Source: Anaerolineales bacterium
GTDB taxonomy: Bacteria > Chloroflexota > Anaerolineae > Anaerolineales > DRMV01
Assembly (NCBI GenBank): GCA_026996855.1
Contig: JALWJZ010000069.1
Location: 31,628-95,627 of the forward strand
Direction: 5' to 3'
Length of the DNA stretch: 64,000 nt
In this document: positions 1-9,108 of the stretch, piece after piece
Layout of the letters: each line of letters opens with the position of its first letter
Position numbering within the stretch: the first letter of the stretch is position 1
The notes under the pieces: model-generated
What the model was told of the DNA's origin: nothing
Databases searched by the model: none
Seen by the model: the letters and a program-made list of their open reading frames with translations, nothing else
Program-made: the position numbers and the translations under genes

Positions 1-323
1 ATGCGCTCGATATTGGCATACGTCCACTTCCGGGGGTGAATGCCGTGCTTGATGGCCGCGTTCTCCGCGGGCAGGCCGAAGGCGTCGAACCCCATGGGGA
101 AGAGCACGTTGTAACCCCGCATTCGCATGAAACGGGCCCGTGCATCGGAAGGCACCATCGCGTACCAGTGACCGATGTGCAGGTCCCCGCTGGGATAGGG
201 GAACATGGTGAGTGCGTAGTGCTTGGGCTTCTGGGGATTCACATCCGCGTGGTAGATGCCATCCTCTTCCCAACGTTGCTGCCATTTGGGTTCGATTTCG
301 CGGGGGTTGTAGGGGCGAGCCAT
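1..323 (-). CDS. leuS: leucyl-tRNA synthetase, N-terminal part (runs off left edge)
   Basis: Reverse strand from ATG at 323..321 reads [87 protein letters not shown]. This has the class I HIGH motif and a typical LeuRS N-terminus. Not in the ORF track because it is truncated by the window edge. Confidence 0.9.
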   Translation of the reverse strand, partial: MARPYNPREIEPKWQQRWEEDGIYHADVNPQKPKHYALTMFPYPSGDLHIGHWYAMVPSDARARFMRMRGYNVLFPMGFDAFGLPAENAAIKHGIHPRKWTYANIER

Positions 324-361
324 GAGACACCTCCCTGGGCGAAGGGGTGAGTGATCAGTGC

Positions 362-739
362 TCAGTGGTCCGTGTGAGTATGTCGCAAGGTGCGTTCCAG
401 TCCAAAGAGCATACGACGGATTTCGTGCATTTCCTGAGTGAGGGCTTGATATTCCTCGGACGTGAGATACACCAAATTCCGGCAGATTTCCATAAACGTA
501 TCCAGTTCGGCCAGAGAACCACGGGCAATGCGCAAATGGTTGAGAAATCCCTTGGTGGAATGCATACTGCCTTCCGCAATGTTTGCCGGTATGGATACGG
601 CTGCTCGACGGATTTGCGACGTGAGATTGAATTGCTCATGCGGGGGAAACCGGGCCGTAACCTGGTATATCGTGGAAACAAAGGTCACTGCCCGCTTCCA
701 CACCTCCAAGTCCCTATAGGAAAGCACCTTGTTCCCCAT
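362..739 (-). CDS. four-helix-bundle protein (23S rRNA intervening-sequence protein family)
   Basis: [57 protein letters not shown]...GSLAELDT is the hallmark pattern of this family (recalled, TIGR02436-like). ATG at 739 is preceded by GGAGGAGG. The track ORF extends to a GTG at 763. Confidence 0.8.
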   Translation of the reverse strand: MGNKVLSYRDLEVWKRAVTFVSTIYQVTARFPPHEQFNLTSQIRRAAVSIPANIAEGSMHSTKGFLNHLRIARGSLAELDTFMEICRNLVYLTSEEYQALTQEMHEIRRMLFGLERTLRHTHTDH

Positions 740-804
740 ACACCCCTCCTCCTCACCCATCACTATCGACTATCCACTATTCACTGTCCACTGGGCACTT
801 AACC

Positions 805-835
805 AAAAAATCTCCCGCCCCTCAGGGACGGGAGA
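805..835 (-). terminator. intrinsic terminator of the T-box leader
   Basis: Minus strand reads UCUCCCGUCCCUGAGGGGCGGGAGA followed by UUUUUU (plus 811-835 stem, 805-810 A-run). The 5' arm overlaps the T-box antiterminator sequence, as expected. Confidence 0.75.
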
Positions 836-1073
836 CCAAACCCGCGGTACCACCCTGGTTCTGGAGAGGCGCTTTCTCTCCAGCCCTCGGACCCCATAAC
901 GCGGGGAAGCGGCGCGGCTCAAGGCCCCTTTCGGAGCGTTCACCGCACGGGCATGGGCAGGCGAGTTCGGCCTTGACGGCGCTCCGCTGGCGCCCTGCCG
1001 GGCTTTCACCCTCCCCGGCTCGCTGGCGGATGGCCTACTACTCCCGCCCAAACCGCCTGGCTCGCTGCAGGTG
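805..1073 (-). promoter_or_regulatory. T-box leader riboswitch, candidate Leu (CUC) specifier
   Basis: Minus strand carries the conserved T-box sequence AACCAGGGTGGTACCGCGG (complement of about 842-860), directly followed by a terminator hairpin plus U6. A Stem-I-like region has AGUAG and GGUGAAA motifs, and GAA-CUC-G lies at 968..962 (CUC = 965..963). The fold was not computed. Confidence 0.75.
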
Positions 1074-1079
1074 AGCACA

Positions 1080-1108
1080 ATTCTACAAAAGGGCAAAATC
1101 CCCGTCAA
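1080..1108 (-). promoter_or_regulatory. sigma70-type promoter for the T-box leader
   Basis: Minus strand has TTGACG (1108..1103), a 17-nt spacer, then TAGAAT (1085..1080). Confidence 0.6.
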
Positions 1109-1110
1109 GG

Positions 1111-1139
1111 TTGACTTCCCCCTCCCGGAGTGCTATAAT
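1111..1139 (+). promoter_or_regulatory. consensus sigma70-type promoter for tRNA-fMet
   Basis: TTGACT (1111-1116), exactly 17 nt, then TATAAT (1134-1139). The tRNA 5' end lies about 20 nt downstream. Confidence 0.65.
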
Positions 1140-1158
1140 GCGGCGTGCGGGAAATCGT

Positions 1159-1232
1159 TGCGGGGTGGAGCAGTGGTAGCTCGCCGGGCTCATAACCCGG
1201 AGGTCGCCGGTTCGAATCCGGCCCCCGCGACC
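1159..1232 (+). tRNA. initiator tRNA-Met (anticodon CAT)
   Basis: Near-identical in layout to E. coli tRNA-fMet. It has the anticodon arm CCGGG-CTCATAA-CCCGG with three G:C pairs next to the loop, the T arm GCCGG-TTCGAAT-CCGGC, a weak 1:72 pair (U:G) and discriminator A at 1230. Only CC of the CCA end is encoded. Confidence 0.9.
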
Positions 1233-1234
1233 TG

Positions 1235-1267
1235 AAAACCGCAGGCAAACCCTGCGGTTTTTGTTTT
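1235..1267 (+). terminator. intrinsic terminator after tRNA-fMet
   Basis: AACCGCAGG (1237-1245), loop CAAAC, CCTGCGGTT (1251-1259), followed by TTTGTTTT. Confidence 0.8.
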
Positions 1268-1346
1268 CTCAAAGATACGAACAGGTCTTCACCTCCGACA
1301 AAACGCCTTTCGAAGTCTGGCTACACCCCTGTAGGGAGGCAGTCCC

Positions 1347-3362
1347 ATGCCGCGAAGTGAAATGCTTTTGGCCTTCAACGAACTCATGGAAGAGCGCCAA
1401 TTGCCCCCAGAAATGATCGTGGAAGCGCTGAAACAAGCCATTGCTTCGGCTTACCGCAAGACCACCGGCGCGCCCTCGTCTCAAAAAGTGGACGTGGTCT
1501 TCGACCTGCCCAAAGGGCAGATTCGGGTGCTGGCAGAAAAGGAAATAGTGGCCGAGGTCAAGGACCCCCACCTGGAAATCAGCCTGGCCGAGGCCCGCAA
1601 AATCAACCCCGAAGCGCAAATCGGCGACTTCATCATGGTGGACGTCACCCCTCGCGACTTCGGCCGCATCGCCGCGCAAACAGCTCGCCAGGTGCTCAAG
1701 CAACGCCTGAGCGAACTGGAACGCAAGATGCAATACGACCACTTCAGCCAGTTGGTGGGGGAAATCGTGGCCGGCGTGGTGCAGGCGGTGCATCTCCAGG
1801 AAATCGTGGTGGGGCTGGAAAAACGGGCCGAAGGTCACCTGCCCCGTAAGGAGCAGATTCCCGGCGAACGTTTCCACGTACACGACCGCATCCGTGCCCT
1901 GCTGCTGGAAGTGAAAGAGACCAGCAAAGGGCCGTACATCGTGCTCTCCCGGGCGCACCCCAACTTCTTGCGGCGCCTGCTGGAGGAAGAGGTGCCCGAA
2001 ATCTACCGGGGTGAGGTGGAAATCCGGGCCATTGCCCGGGAACCGGGCCGCCGCTCCAAGGTGGCCGTTTCCGCCATCGCGCCCAACATCGACCCCGTGG
2101 GCGCGTGTGTGGGCATTCGTGGGGTGCGCATCCAGGCCATCATGCGGGAACTCAACGGCGAGAAAATCGACGTCATCCTGTGGGACCCCAACCCCGCAGT
2201 GTTCATCACCAAAGCCCTCAGCCCGGCCCGGGTGCTGCGGGTCTATCTGCGCCCTAACCCCGAAGGGGGTATCCCCCGAGGCACGGCCACCGTGGTCGTC
2301 CACGAAAACGAACTCAGCCAGGCCATCGGCAAAGAGGGCCAGAACGTGCGCCTGGCCGCCAAACTCACCCGCTGGCGCATCGACATCAAAAGCCTGGTGG
2401 AAGCCGCGTCCGAGGCCCTGGAGCGGGTTCAACAACAGCGGGAAGCCTTCGATTGGATGGACGACGCCACCCTGGAACAGGTGCACTCCCTGCTGGAAAA
2501 GAAACAGGCCGGACGCCCCCTGACCCCCGAAGAATACGACGTGCTCCTCCAGTTCCTGGACATGGTGGAACAGGGACACCGCCGCATGGAAGAAGAGCGC
2601 CGCCGCAAGGCGGAAGAAGAACGGGCCTTGCGGGAAGAAATTCCGGCCCAGGCCTTCGAGCAAACCCTGGAACATCTGAAACTGCCCCCGCGCCTGGTAG
2701 TCTTGCTTACCAACGCGGGGTACGCCACCGTAGGCGATTTGCTCTTGCAATGGAAACAAAACCCGGACGCCATCTTGGCCCTGAACGGCATTGGTCCCCG
2801 GGCCATGGAAACCATTCGCAAGGCCCTGGAGGCATACGAGGCCCAATACGCGGCCGAGCCCGAAGCAGAAGAGGCGGCCCCTGAGGCCCTTCCGGAACCC
2901 ACCGAAACGGTGGAGACTCTGGAACAAGTGGTGGCCGAGGCCGAAGAGGCCGAACCGGTATCCGTGACAGCCCAGCCGGTGGAGGGCGAAGCGGAACCCA
3001 TGCCCCTGGAAGCCGAAGAAGAGGCCCCCACCGCCCAGGCCCTGGAAGCCGAAGGCGTGGAAGCCAGCGTGCCGGAGGCCGCAGGAACCGAAGGGACGGC
3101 GGAAGCGGAGGCCGAACCGGAAACCCTGGACATGGAGGCAATCTTCGCGGCAGAACGGGTGCTTTCCGACCTCCCCCTGGAAGACTTGGGCGAAGAGGAA
3201 CCCGAAGTGCCGCAAGAACCCAAGAAGAAAAAGAAAAAGGCCAAAAAGAAGAAGGCCAAGAAACCCAAGCCCTTCGTGGAACTGGAAGAAGTGGAAGGCG
3301 AAGAAATCTACGTTGCCCGACGACGTCGGAAACGAGACGAGGACGAATGGGAGGAATGGTGA
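1347..3362 (+). CDS. nusA: transcription termination/antitermination factor NusA with a long acidic and lysine-rich C-terminal tail
   Basis: [38 protein letters not shown].., an S1/KH region ([29 protein letters not shown]) and an HhH-like segment ([13 protein letters not shown]). RBS GGGAGG precedes the ATG. Confidence 0.9.
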   Translation: MPRSEMLLAFNELMEERQLPPEMIVEALKQAIASAYRKTTGAPSSQKVDVVFDLPKGQIRVLAEKEIVAEVKDPHLEISLAEARKINPEAQIGDFIMVDVTPRDFGRIAAQTARQVLKQRLSELERKMQYDHFSQLVGEIVAGVVQAVHLQEIVVGLEKRAEGHLPRKEQIPGERFHVHDRIRALLLEVKETSKGPYIVLSRAHPNFLRRLLEEEVPEIYRGEVEIRAIAREPGRRSKVAVSAIAPNIDPVGACVGIRGVRIQAIMRELNGEKIDVILWDPNPAVFITKALSPARVLRVYLRPNPEGGIPRGTATVVVHENELSQAIGKEGQNVRLAAKLTRWRIDIKSLVEAASEALERVQQQREAFDWMDDATLEQVHSLLEKKQAGRPLTPEEYDVLLQFLDMVEQGHRRMEEERRRKAEEERALREEIPAQAFEQTLEHLKLPPRLVVLLTNAGYATVGDLLLQWKQNPDAILALNGIGPRAMETIRKALEAYEAQYAAEPEAEEAAPEALPEPTETVETLEQVVAEAEEAEPVSVTAQPVEGEAEPMPLEAEEEAPTAQALEAEGVEASVPEAAGTEGTAEAEAEPETLDMEAIFAAERVLSDLPLEDLGEEEPEVPQEPKKKKKKAKKKKAKKPKPFVELEEVEGEEIYVARRRRKRDEDEWEEW

Positions 3363-3426
3363 TCGGCCCCGGACCAACGACCCCAACGCAGAACCCAGGC
3401 CACGCCGCTCCAAAGGAGGCCGCTGT

Positions 3427-3744
3427 ATGGCCCGCAACAAACGGTCCAAAGCCAGGCATGTGCCTGTGCGCACCTGCATCGGCTGCCGAGAAACCCATGC
3501 CAAGTGGGAACTCATTCGCATCGTGCGCACACCCGAAGGGGTTTTCGTGGACCCGACCCGACGCAGGCCCGGCCGAGGCGCCTACCTTCACGCCCGTCGG
3601 GCGTGCTGGGAACAGGCCTTCAAACGAAAAGCCTTCGCCCGGGCATTGCGCACCCACCTGACGCCGGAGGACTGGGCCCGGCTACGGGCCTTCATGGAAA
3701 CCTTGCCCGAAGAACAGCCAGTTGCCGAAAGCGAGCGGGCCTGA
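3427..3744 (+). CDS. ylxR: YlxR/RnpM (DUF448) RNA-binding protein
   Basis: MARNKRSKARHVPVRTCIGCRETHAKWELIRIV...GRGAYLH is the typical YlxR signature, in the conserved position between nusA and infB. An internal ATG at 3427 was chosen over the track start at 3313, which overlaps nusA. Confidence 0.8.
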   Translation: MARNKRSKARHVPVRTCIGCRETHAKWELIRIVRTPEGVFVDPTRRRPGRGAYLHARRACWEQAFKRKAFARALRTHLTPEDWARLRAFMETLPEEQPVAESERA

Positions 3745-3918
3745 ACCTCCAGGCTTACGAAGCCTTCATCCTGGACGAACCAGGAGGGACGACGCCTTCA
3801 CCGAAGCGGGTACACCACCCGAAAGGCCAAACGCAAACATCCACCGAGGAACAGGCGCTCTCCTGCCTTTTCCTCCTCCCGACCAACAAGTTTCAACCCC
3901 AGAACGAAGGAGCGTGGA

Positions 3919-5733
3919 ATGACCCAAGCCAAGACGAACGAAGCCCAAACCAAAGTCGTGGAAATCCCCTCTCAAATCTCGGTGCGCGAACTGGCCCAGC
4001 GCCTGGACATCAGTCCCATTGCCCTCATCAAAGCCCTCATGAGCATCGGGGAGATGGTGAGCATCAACCAAACCATCGACTACGACACCGCGGCCATCGT
4101 CGCGTCCGAGTTGGGCTATCAGGTGCAGCCGGAAGCCCTCCCCGAAGCCGAAACCGCGGAAGAAGAAACCGAAGAAGCCCTTCCCCTCTGGCGCCGCTGG
4201 CTACAAGAGGAGCCGCCCGAGGCTCTGCAGCCTCGCCCTCCCGTGGTGGCTATTCTCGGCCACGTGGACCACGGCAAGACCACCCTGCTGGACACCATCC
4301 GCCACACCAACGTGGCCGAACGGGAGGCCGGGGGCATCACCCAACACATCGGCGCGTACCAAATCGAGTACAACGGCCAGAAAATCACCTTCCTGGACAC
4401 GCCCGGCCACGCCGCGTTCACCGAATTGCGGGCCCGCGGGGCCAAAGGCGCGGACATCGTGGTGCTGGTGGTGGCCGCAGACGACGGGGTGATGCCCCAA
4501 ACCCGGGAAGCCATCGACCACGCGCGCGCGGCCCAGGTGCCCATCGTGGTGGCCATCAACAAAATCGACAAACCCAACGCCCGGCCCGATGAAGTGAAAC
4601 GCCAACTGGCCGAACTGGGCCTGATGCCCGACGAGTGGGGCGGCGATACCATCATGGTGGAAGTGTCGGCCAAGCAGGGCATCGGCCTGGACGAACTCCT
4701 GGAGGCCATTTTGCTGGTGGCCGAGCAGGCCGACCTGAAGGCCAACCCCAAGGGCCGGGTCTTCGGCACCGTCATCGACGCCAAGGTGGAAAAGGGCCGT
4801 GGGGTGGTGGCTTCCCTGCTGGTGCAGAACGGCACCCTGCGGGTGGGCGACGTGGTGGTGGCCGGCACCGCATACGGCAAAATTCGCGCTATGTTCGACC
4901 ACCAGGGCCGGCGCATCAAGGAAGCCGGGCCCTCCACGCCCGTCTCCGTCATGGGTTTCCACGACCTGCCCAAGGCGGGTACCCTTTTCTACAAAGTGAA
5001 GGACGAAAAAGAAGCCCGGCGAATCGTGGAAGCCCTGAAAGAAAAGGAAAAAAGCCAGCAGACCCAACAGCCCACCCTCACCCTGGAAGAACTCTTCCGC
5101 CGCTTCCAGGAAGGCGAGGTCAAGGAACTACGCCTGATCGTGAAGGTGGACGTGCAAGGCTCCCTGGACCCGGTGGTGCGCTCGCTGGAGAAACTGGGCG
5201 AACAGAGCGAAATCGGCCTGCGCATCCTCCGGGCCGACGTGGGGCCCATCACCAAAGACGACGTCATGCTGGCCGCGGCCTCCAAAGCCGTGGTCATCGG
5301 TTTCAACGTGAAGCCGGACTCGGCCGCGCGCAAAACCGCCGAGGCCGAAAAGGTGGACATCCGCACCTACCGGGTGATTTACGAACTCCTGGACGATGTG
5401 GAGCGGGCCTTGAAGGGCCTGCTGGAACCCGAAGAGCGGGAGGTCTTTCTGGGCGAGGCCGAGGTGCTGGCCGTGTTCCCCTCTTCCCGCTTCGGCAAAG
5501 TGGCCGGATGCCGGGTGCGCCGGGGCGTGTTGCGTCGCGGGGAGCGGGTGCGGGTGAAACGCGGTACCCAGGTGGTGTACGAAGGCACCATTGCCTCCCT
5601 CAAGCGCTTCCAGGAAGACGTGAAGGAAGTGCGGGAAGGGTACGAGTGCGGCGTGGGCATCAAAGGTTTCAAAGACTACCACGTAGGCGACATCCTGATT
5701 TGTTTCACCGTAGAGCGGGTGAGCCAGGCTTGA
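3919..5733 (+). CDS. infB: translation initiation factor IF-2
   Basis: G domain [22 protein letters not shown] and NKID, plus the C-terminal IF-2 domains. 604 aa. Confidence 0.95.
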   Translation: MTQAKTNEAQTKVVEIPSQISVRELAQRLDISPIALIKALMSIGEMVSINQTIDYDTAAIVASELGYQVQPEALPEAETAEEETEEALPLWRRWLQEEPPEALQPRPPVVAILGHVDHGKTTLLDTIRHTNVAEREAGGITQHIGAYQIEYNGQKITFLDTPGHAAFTELRARGAKGADIVVLVVAADDGVMPQTREAIDHARAAQVPIVVAINKIDKPNARPDEVKRQLAELGLMPDEWGGDTIMVEVSAKQGIGLDELLEAILLVAEQADLKANPKGRVFGTVIDAKVEKGRGVVASLLVQNGTLRVGDVVVAGTAYGKIRAMFDHQGRRIKEAGPSTPVSVMGFHDLPKAGTLFYKVKDEKEARRIVEALKEKEKSQQTQQPTLTLEELFRRFQEGEVKELRLIVKVDVQGSLDPVVRSLEKLGEQSEIGLRILRADVGPITKDDVMLAAASKAVVIGFNVKPDSAARKTAEAEKVDIRTYRVIYELLDDVERALKGLLEPEEREVFLGEAEVLAVFPSSRFGKVAGCRVRRGVLRRGERVRVKRGTQVVYEGTIASLKRFQEDVKEVREGYECGVGIKGFKDYHVGDILICFTVERVSQA

Positions 5734-5778
5734 GGGAGCGCACCAAGCCCCCTGGCAAGGCTCCGGCGAAGCGGACCT

Positions 5779-7785
5779 ATGGTATCGCCAAAACGGTTCC
5801 CCCTTTTCCTGGCCTTGTGGCTGCTGCTGGTCTACGGCCTCTTCCTGCCCCAATGGGGCTTTTACTGGGATGACTGGACACCCTTGCTGGTCACCCACCT
5901 GCCCCATCCCGACCTGAAGGATTCCATCGCCGCTTTCTGGGGAAACCGCCCGGGAAGCGGCGTGTTGTTTTATCTTCTGTTTCGCGTGCTCCCGCCCGTG
6001 CCCTGGGTTTGGCAGGTGTGGGGTCTGGTTCTGCGCTGGTTCACGGCCCTCATGGCCTGGCTGCTTTGGCGACGGGTGTGGCCCGGCCGCGAAGCCCCGG
6101 CCCAACTGGCCGCCCTGTTGTTCACCGTCTACCCGGCTTTTCGCCAGCAACCCATTGCCGTGGCCTACAGCCCCCACTGGCTCAGCATCGGGCTGGCCCT
6201 GTTTTCCTTGTGGAGTATGCTCCGGGCCCTGGAAGACCCTCGCCCCCTGCGCTGGCTCGCCCCCTCCTGGCTCGGCCTGGCCGCCTCGTTCCTGCTCATC
6301 GAGTACGCGCTTCCCCTGGAAGCCTTCCGCTGGCTGCTTTTGGCCATCCATCTGCGCCATCGGCGACTTCCCCGCCGCCGATGGTTGGCCTGGTTCGCGC
6401 CCTATCTCCTCCTGTTCCTCGCAGGGGTCGGCTACACGCAGGTGTCCCGGGCCACCGACATCCATCTCCCCCGTGCCACCCCCCTGCACATGCTGACCAC
6501 GGGCGCCCGCATCGCTTCTTCTTCCCTGTACGCCTTCGTCGGCGCCTGGGTCCACTACTGGAGCCAACCTGATTGGTGGTGGCATCCCAATCCCACGCAC
6601 TGGAAAACCACCGTGCTCCCCGGGCTGGCTCTGGCCCTGGCCGCCGCGGTTTTGGTTTACACCCTGCTCCGCCGAAAGCCAACCCCCGGCACCCTCCACC
6701 TGGAACACCGGGACCTCCTGTACGTGCTGGTGGTCTTCTTCGCGGTCTCCCTTCCCTTCTGGGCCGTGAACCGCTACGTCTACGGCCTTTATTCCGACCG
6801 GTACCTCATGCCCGCGCTGTTTGCCCTGCCCGTGTTCTGGATTTGGCTGGCCCGCTTCCTGCGGGAAGGACCACCCCAATGGTTCTTCCTGGCTGCGCTG
6901 ACCGGCCTGGCCGTATTCCTCCAGGCCCAGCACGGCTGGACCTTCATCCGCTCCTGGAAGGACCAGCGGAATTTCTACACCCAACTCCACTGGCGCTTCC
7001 CCGACCTTCCCCCTGGCACCGCCTTCATCGGCCAGGGCGCGCTCACCGTGTACATCGACAAATACGTGGTAGCCGAAAGCATCAACGTGCTGTATCATGA
7101 ACGTATCCCCGCGGACGACCGTCTGGGGTTCTGGTTCTTCGGCGACGACGATTACGCCCTGCTGGACAAAGCCTGGCGCGAAGGGCAATCCGAGGTTCGG
7201 GTGCGGCACAAACAATGGACATTTCAGGGATCCTGGGAACGCATGGTGATGATTGCTCATAATCACCGAGGTATGCCTGGATGCTTGTGGGTGCTCGGCC
7301 CCTGGGACGCAACCAACCCCTGGCTGCCCGAGGCGATGCGTCTTTGGGTGAAACGCCTGGCCGGCATGTCGGTTGGCATGGAAAGGGGCACGATTCCCGA
7401 GGGCACGGAAGCGGCGCCCCCTTCCTTTCTCGTCGAAACGCCGGCAGAGCCCACCTGGTGCTTCTATTACCAAAAGGCCAACCGGGCGCGCGCCGCCGGT
7501 CAATGGGAAGCAGCCTGGCAATGGTGGCAGGAAGCCCAGGCCCGCGGGCTACGACCCGGCCACGCCCATGAGTATGGGCTTTTCATCGAGGCAGCCATGC
7601 ACACCCACCGCTGGGAGGAGGCCCTGGAACTCACCTGGCGCTACTGGGAACAGGCCCGAGATGCGGGTTTCCCGCGTCAGGCTCGCATTTATCTATGCCG
7701 CGGCGTTTGGAATCGAGAAGACATCGCGGAACCCGGATATCGGGAAGTCCGGCAGCGCGTGCGGCAACGCTTGTGTTCCGGCTGA
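5779..7785 (+). CDS. polytopic membrane protein, possibly a GT-C-type glycosyltransferase, with a soluble helical C-terminal domain
   Basis: About 12 predicted hydrophobic segments by eye in the first roughly 430 aa, then a W/E/A-rich, TPR-like tail (WEAAWQWWQEAQARGLRPGHAHEYGLFIEAAM). No family-specific motif was recognised. Confidence 0.4.
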   Translation: MVSPKRFPLFLALWLLLVYGLFLPQWGFYWDDWTPLLVTHLPHPDLKDSIAAFWGNRPGSGVLFYLLFRVLPPVPWVWQVWGLVLRWFTALMAWLLWRRVWPGREAPAQLAALLFTVYPAFRQQPIAVAYSPHWLSIGLALFSLWSMLRALEDPRPLRWLAPSWLGLAASFLLIEYALPLEAFRWLLLAIHLRHRRLPRRRWLAWFAPYLLLFLAGVGYTQVSRATDIHLPRATPLHMLTTGARIASSSLYAFVGAWVHYWSQPDWWWHPNPTHWKTTVLPGLALALAAAVLVYTLLRRKPTPGTLHLEHRDLLYVLVVFFAVSLPFWAVNRYVYGLYSDRYLMPALFALPVFWIWLARFLREGPPQWFFLAALTGLAVFLQAQHGWTFIRSWKDQRNFYTQLHWRFPDLPPGTAFIGQGALTVYIDKYVVAESINVLYHERIPADDRLGFWFFGDDDYALLDKAWREGQSEVRVRHKQWTFQGSWERMVMIAHNHRGMPGCLWVLGPWDATNPWLPEAMRLWVKRLAGMSVGMERGTIPEGTEAAPPSFLVETPAEPTWCFYYQKANRARAAGQWEAAWQWWQEAQARGLRPGHAHEYGLFIEAAMHTHRWEEALELTWRYWEQARDAGFPRQARIYLCRGVWNREDIAEPGYREVRQRVRQRLCSG

Positions 7786-7844
7786 ACACCGGCATCCCCA
7801 AAGGTGCCCGGGTACCTCATTCCACATACCGTGAGGAGACGGCC

Positions 7845-8702
7845 ATGAGTCAGCCTTTTCGCATCGGCACCGTGGGTACACCCCGCTCCACGCCCAAGCG
7901 CCCCGGCGGCACCGTGGGCGGCATTCGGCGCCTGGCCGAACTGGGACTGGACGCCCTGGAACTGGGCTGGGTACGCTCCGTACGGGTGAGTGAGAAAACC
8001 TGCAAGGCCATTCGCGACACCGCGCAACAGCACAACGTGGTCCTGAGCGTGCACGCGCCCTACTACATCAACCTGAACGCCAGCGACGAGGAATGGCCCA
8101 AATCCAAAAAGCGGCTGCTGGACGCGGCCTATTACGGCGCGCTGGCCGGGGCCACGGATATCGTGTTCCATCCCGGCTCCTACTTCGGGGCCGCGCCCAA
8201 AGAGGTCATGCCCCGGGTGCTGCGCCGACTGGAAGAAGTCATCCAGGAACTGGAGGCCAAAGGGGTAAAGGTGCGCCTGCGGCCGGAAACCATGGGCAAG
8301 CCGGCCATGCTGGGCTCCCTGGAAGACGTGCTGGAAATGAGCAAGGCCTTTCCCGGATGGGTGGAGCCCTGCCTGGACTTCGCCCACCTGCACGCCCGGG
8401 CCGGGGACGGTTCCATGAACACCTACGACGAATGGGCCCGGGTGCTGGAAGCCTACGGCAAGGCCCTGGGCGACGACGCGCTGAAGCGGCTGCACATCCA
8501 CCTTTCGGGCATCGATTACGGCCCCAAAGGGGAAAAAGAGCACCTGGTCTTCGCCGAGGCCGACCTGGACCTGGACGCCATCCTGCGGGTCCTGCGGGAT
8601 TTCGGCGCGGCCGGGCGCATCCTGGTGGAAAGCCCCATCCTGGAAGACGACGCCCTTTACCTGAAGGAGCGGTGGCAGGCGATACAAGAGGAAAATGGCT
8701 AA
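7845..8702 (+). CDS. endonuclease IV-like TIM-barrel protein (xylose-isomerase-like fold)
   Basis: SVHAPYYINLNAS...DIVFHPGSY...RLRPETMGK...CLDFAHLHA...HIHLSGIDYG resembles the metal-ligand pattern of the Nfo/AP endonuclease 2 family. ATG at 7845 follows GAGGAG. Confidence 0.6.
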   Translation: MSQPFRIGTVGTPRSTPKRPGGTVGGIRRLAELGLDALELGWVRSVRVSEKTCKAIRDTAQQHNVVLSVHAPYYINLNASDEEWPKSKKRLLDAAYYGALAGATDIVFHPGSYFGAAPKEVMPRVLRRLEEVIQELEAKGVKVRLRPETMGKPAMLGSLEDVLEMSKAFPGWVEPCLDFAHLHARAGDGSMNTYDEWARVLEAYGKALGDDALKRLHIHLSGIDYGPKGEKEHLVFAEADLDLDAILRVLRDFGAAGRILVESPILEDDALYLKERWQAIQEENG

Positions 8703-8714
8703 ATTGGAGGACCC

Positions 8715-9108
8715 ATGAAGCGCTGGCGCGATTGGTGGAAGCAAGCCCTGGCGGATGCGGAACATGCCCGCTATGCTTTAAAAGCCGGCCATTACGAATG
8801 GGCATGCTTTGCCGCCCAACAAGCGGCGGAAAAAGCGCTGAAAGCGTGCCTGAACCGCTTGGGAAAGGCCGCTTACGGGCATGTCCTGCTTCGTTTGTTA
8901 CAAGGCATACGAGAAAGCGGCATTGAAGTGCCTGCTGACTTAGAAGATGCCGCAAAAATCCTGGACAAATTCTACATTACCGACCCGCTACCCCAACGGC
9001 CTGGCAGAAGGCGCACCTACGGAATTCTATACCCGGCAGGAGGCAGAGAATGCCATCGGTCTTGCGGAGCAAATCCTACGGTTCTGTGCAAATCACCTGG
9101 ATCGATGA
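8715..9108 (+). pseudogene. HEPN-domain protein interrupted by a 1-nt insertion
   Basis: The N-terminus WWKQALADAEHARYALKAGHYEWACFAAQQAAEKALKA is HEPN-like. At 8973-8997 the read frame gives FYITDPLPQ. Deleting A8979 gives FYIPTRYPNGLAEGAPTEFYTRQEAENAIGLAEQILRFCANHLDR*, with stop at 9106-9108, which is the canonical HEPN C-terminus. Confidence 0.75.

Noticed and set aside
36-350. 104-aa plus-strand ORF at the left edge.
   Set aside because: It is antisense to the unmistakable leuS N-terminus (HIGH motif). The translation has no recognisable features.
3222-3266. A-rich AAG/AAA run in nusA, considered as a programmed frameshift or slippery site leading into the 3313 ORF.
   Set aside because: The run encodes a coherent poly-Lys block in frame and the ORF continues normally to 3362. 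YlxR has its own ATG at 3427 with a typical N-terminus, so no frameshift is needed.
1269-3530. 753-aa minus-strand ORF antisense to nusA. Similar giant ORFs include 5128-7521(-), 13637-15682(+), 13719-15380(-), 43927-45720(+), 53425-55461(+), 55671-57239(+) and 57083-58534(+).
   Set aside because: They are R/G/P/H-rich low-complexity translations lying exactly opposite, or out of frame with, genes that have strong family motifs. This is the typical stop-codon-poor artefact of high-GC DNA, and no recognisable domains are present.
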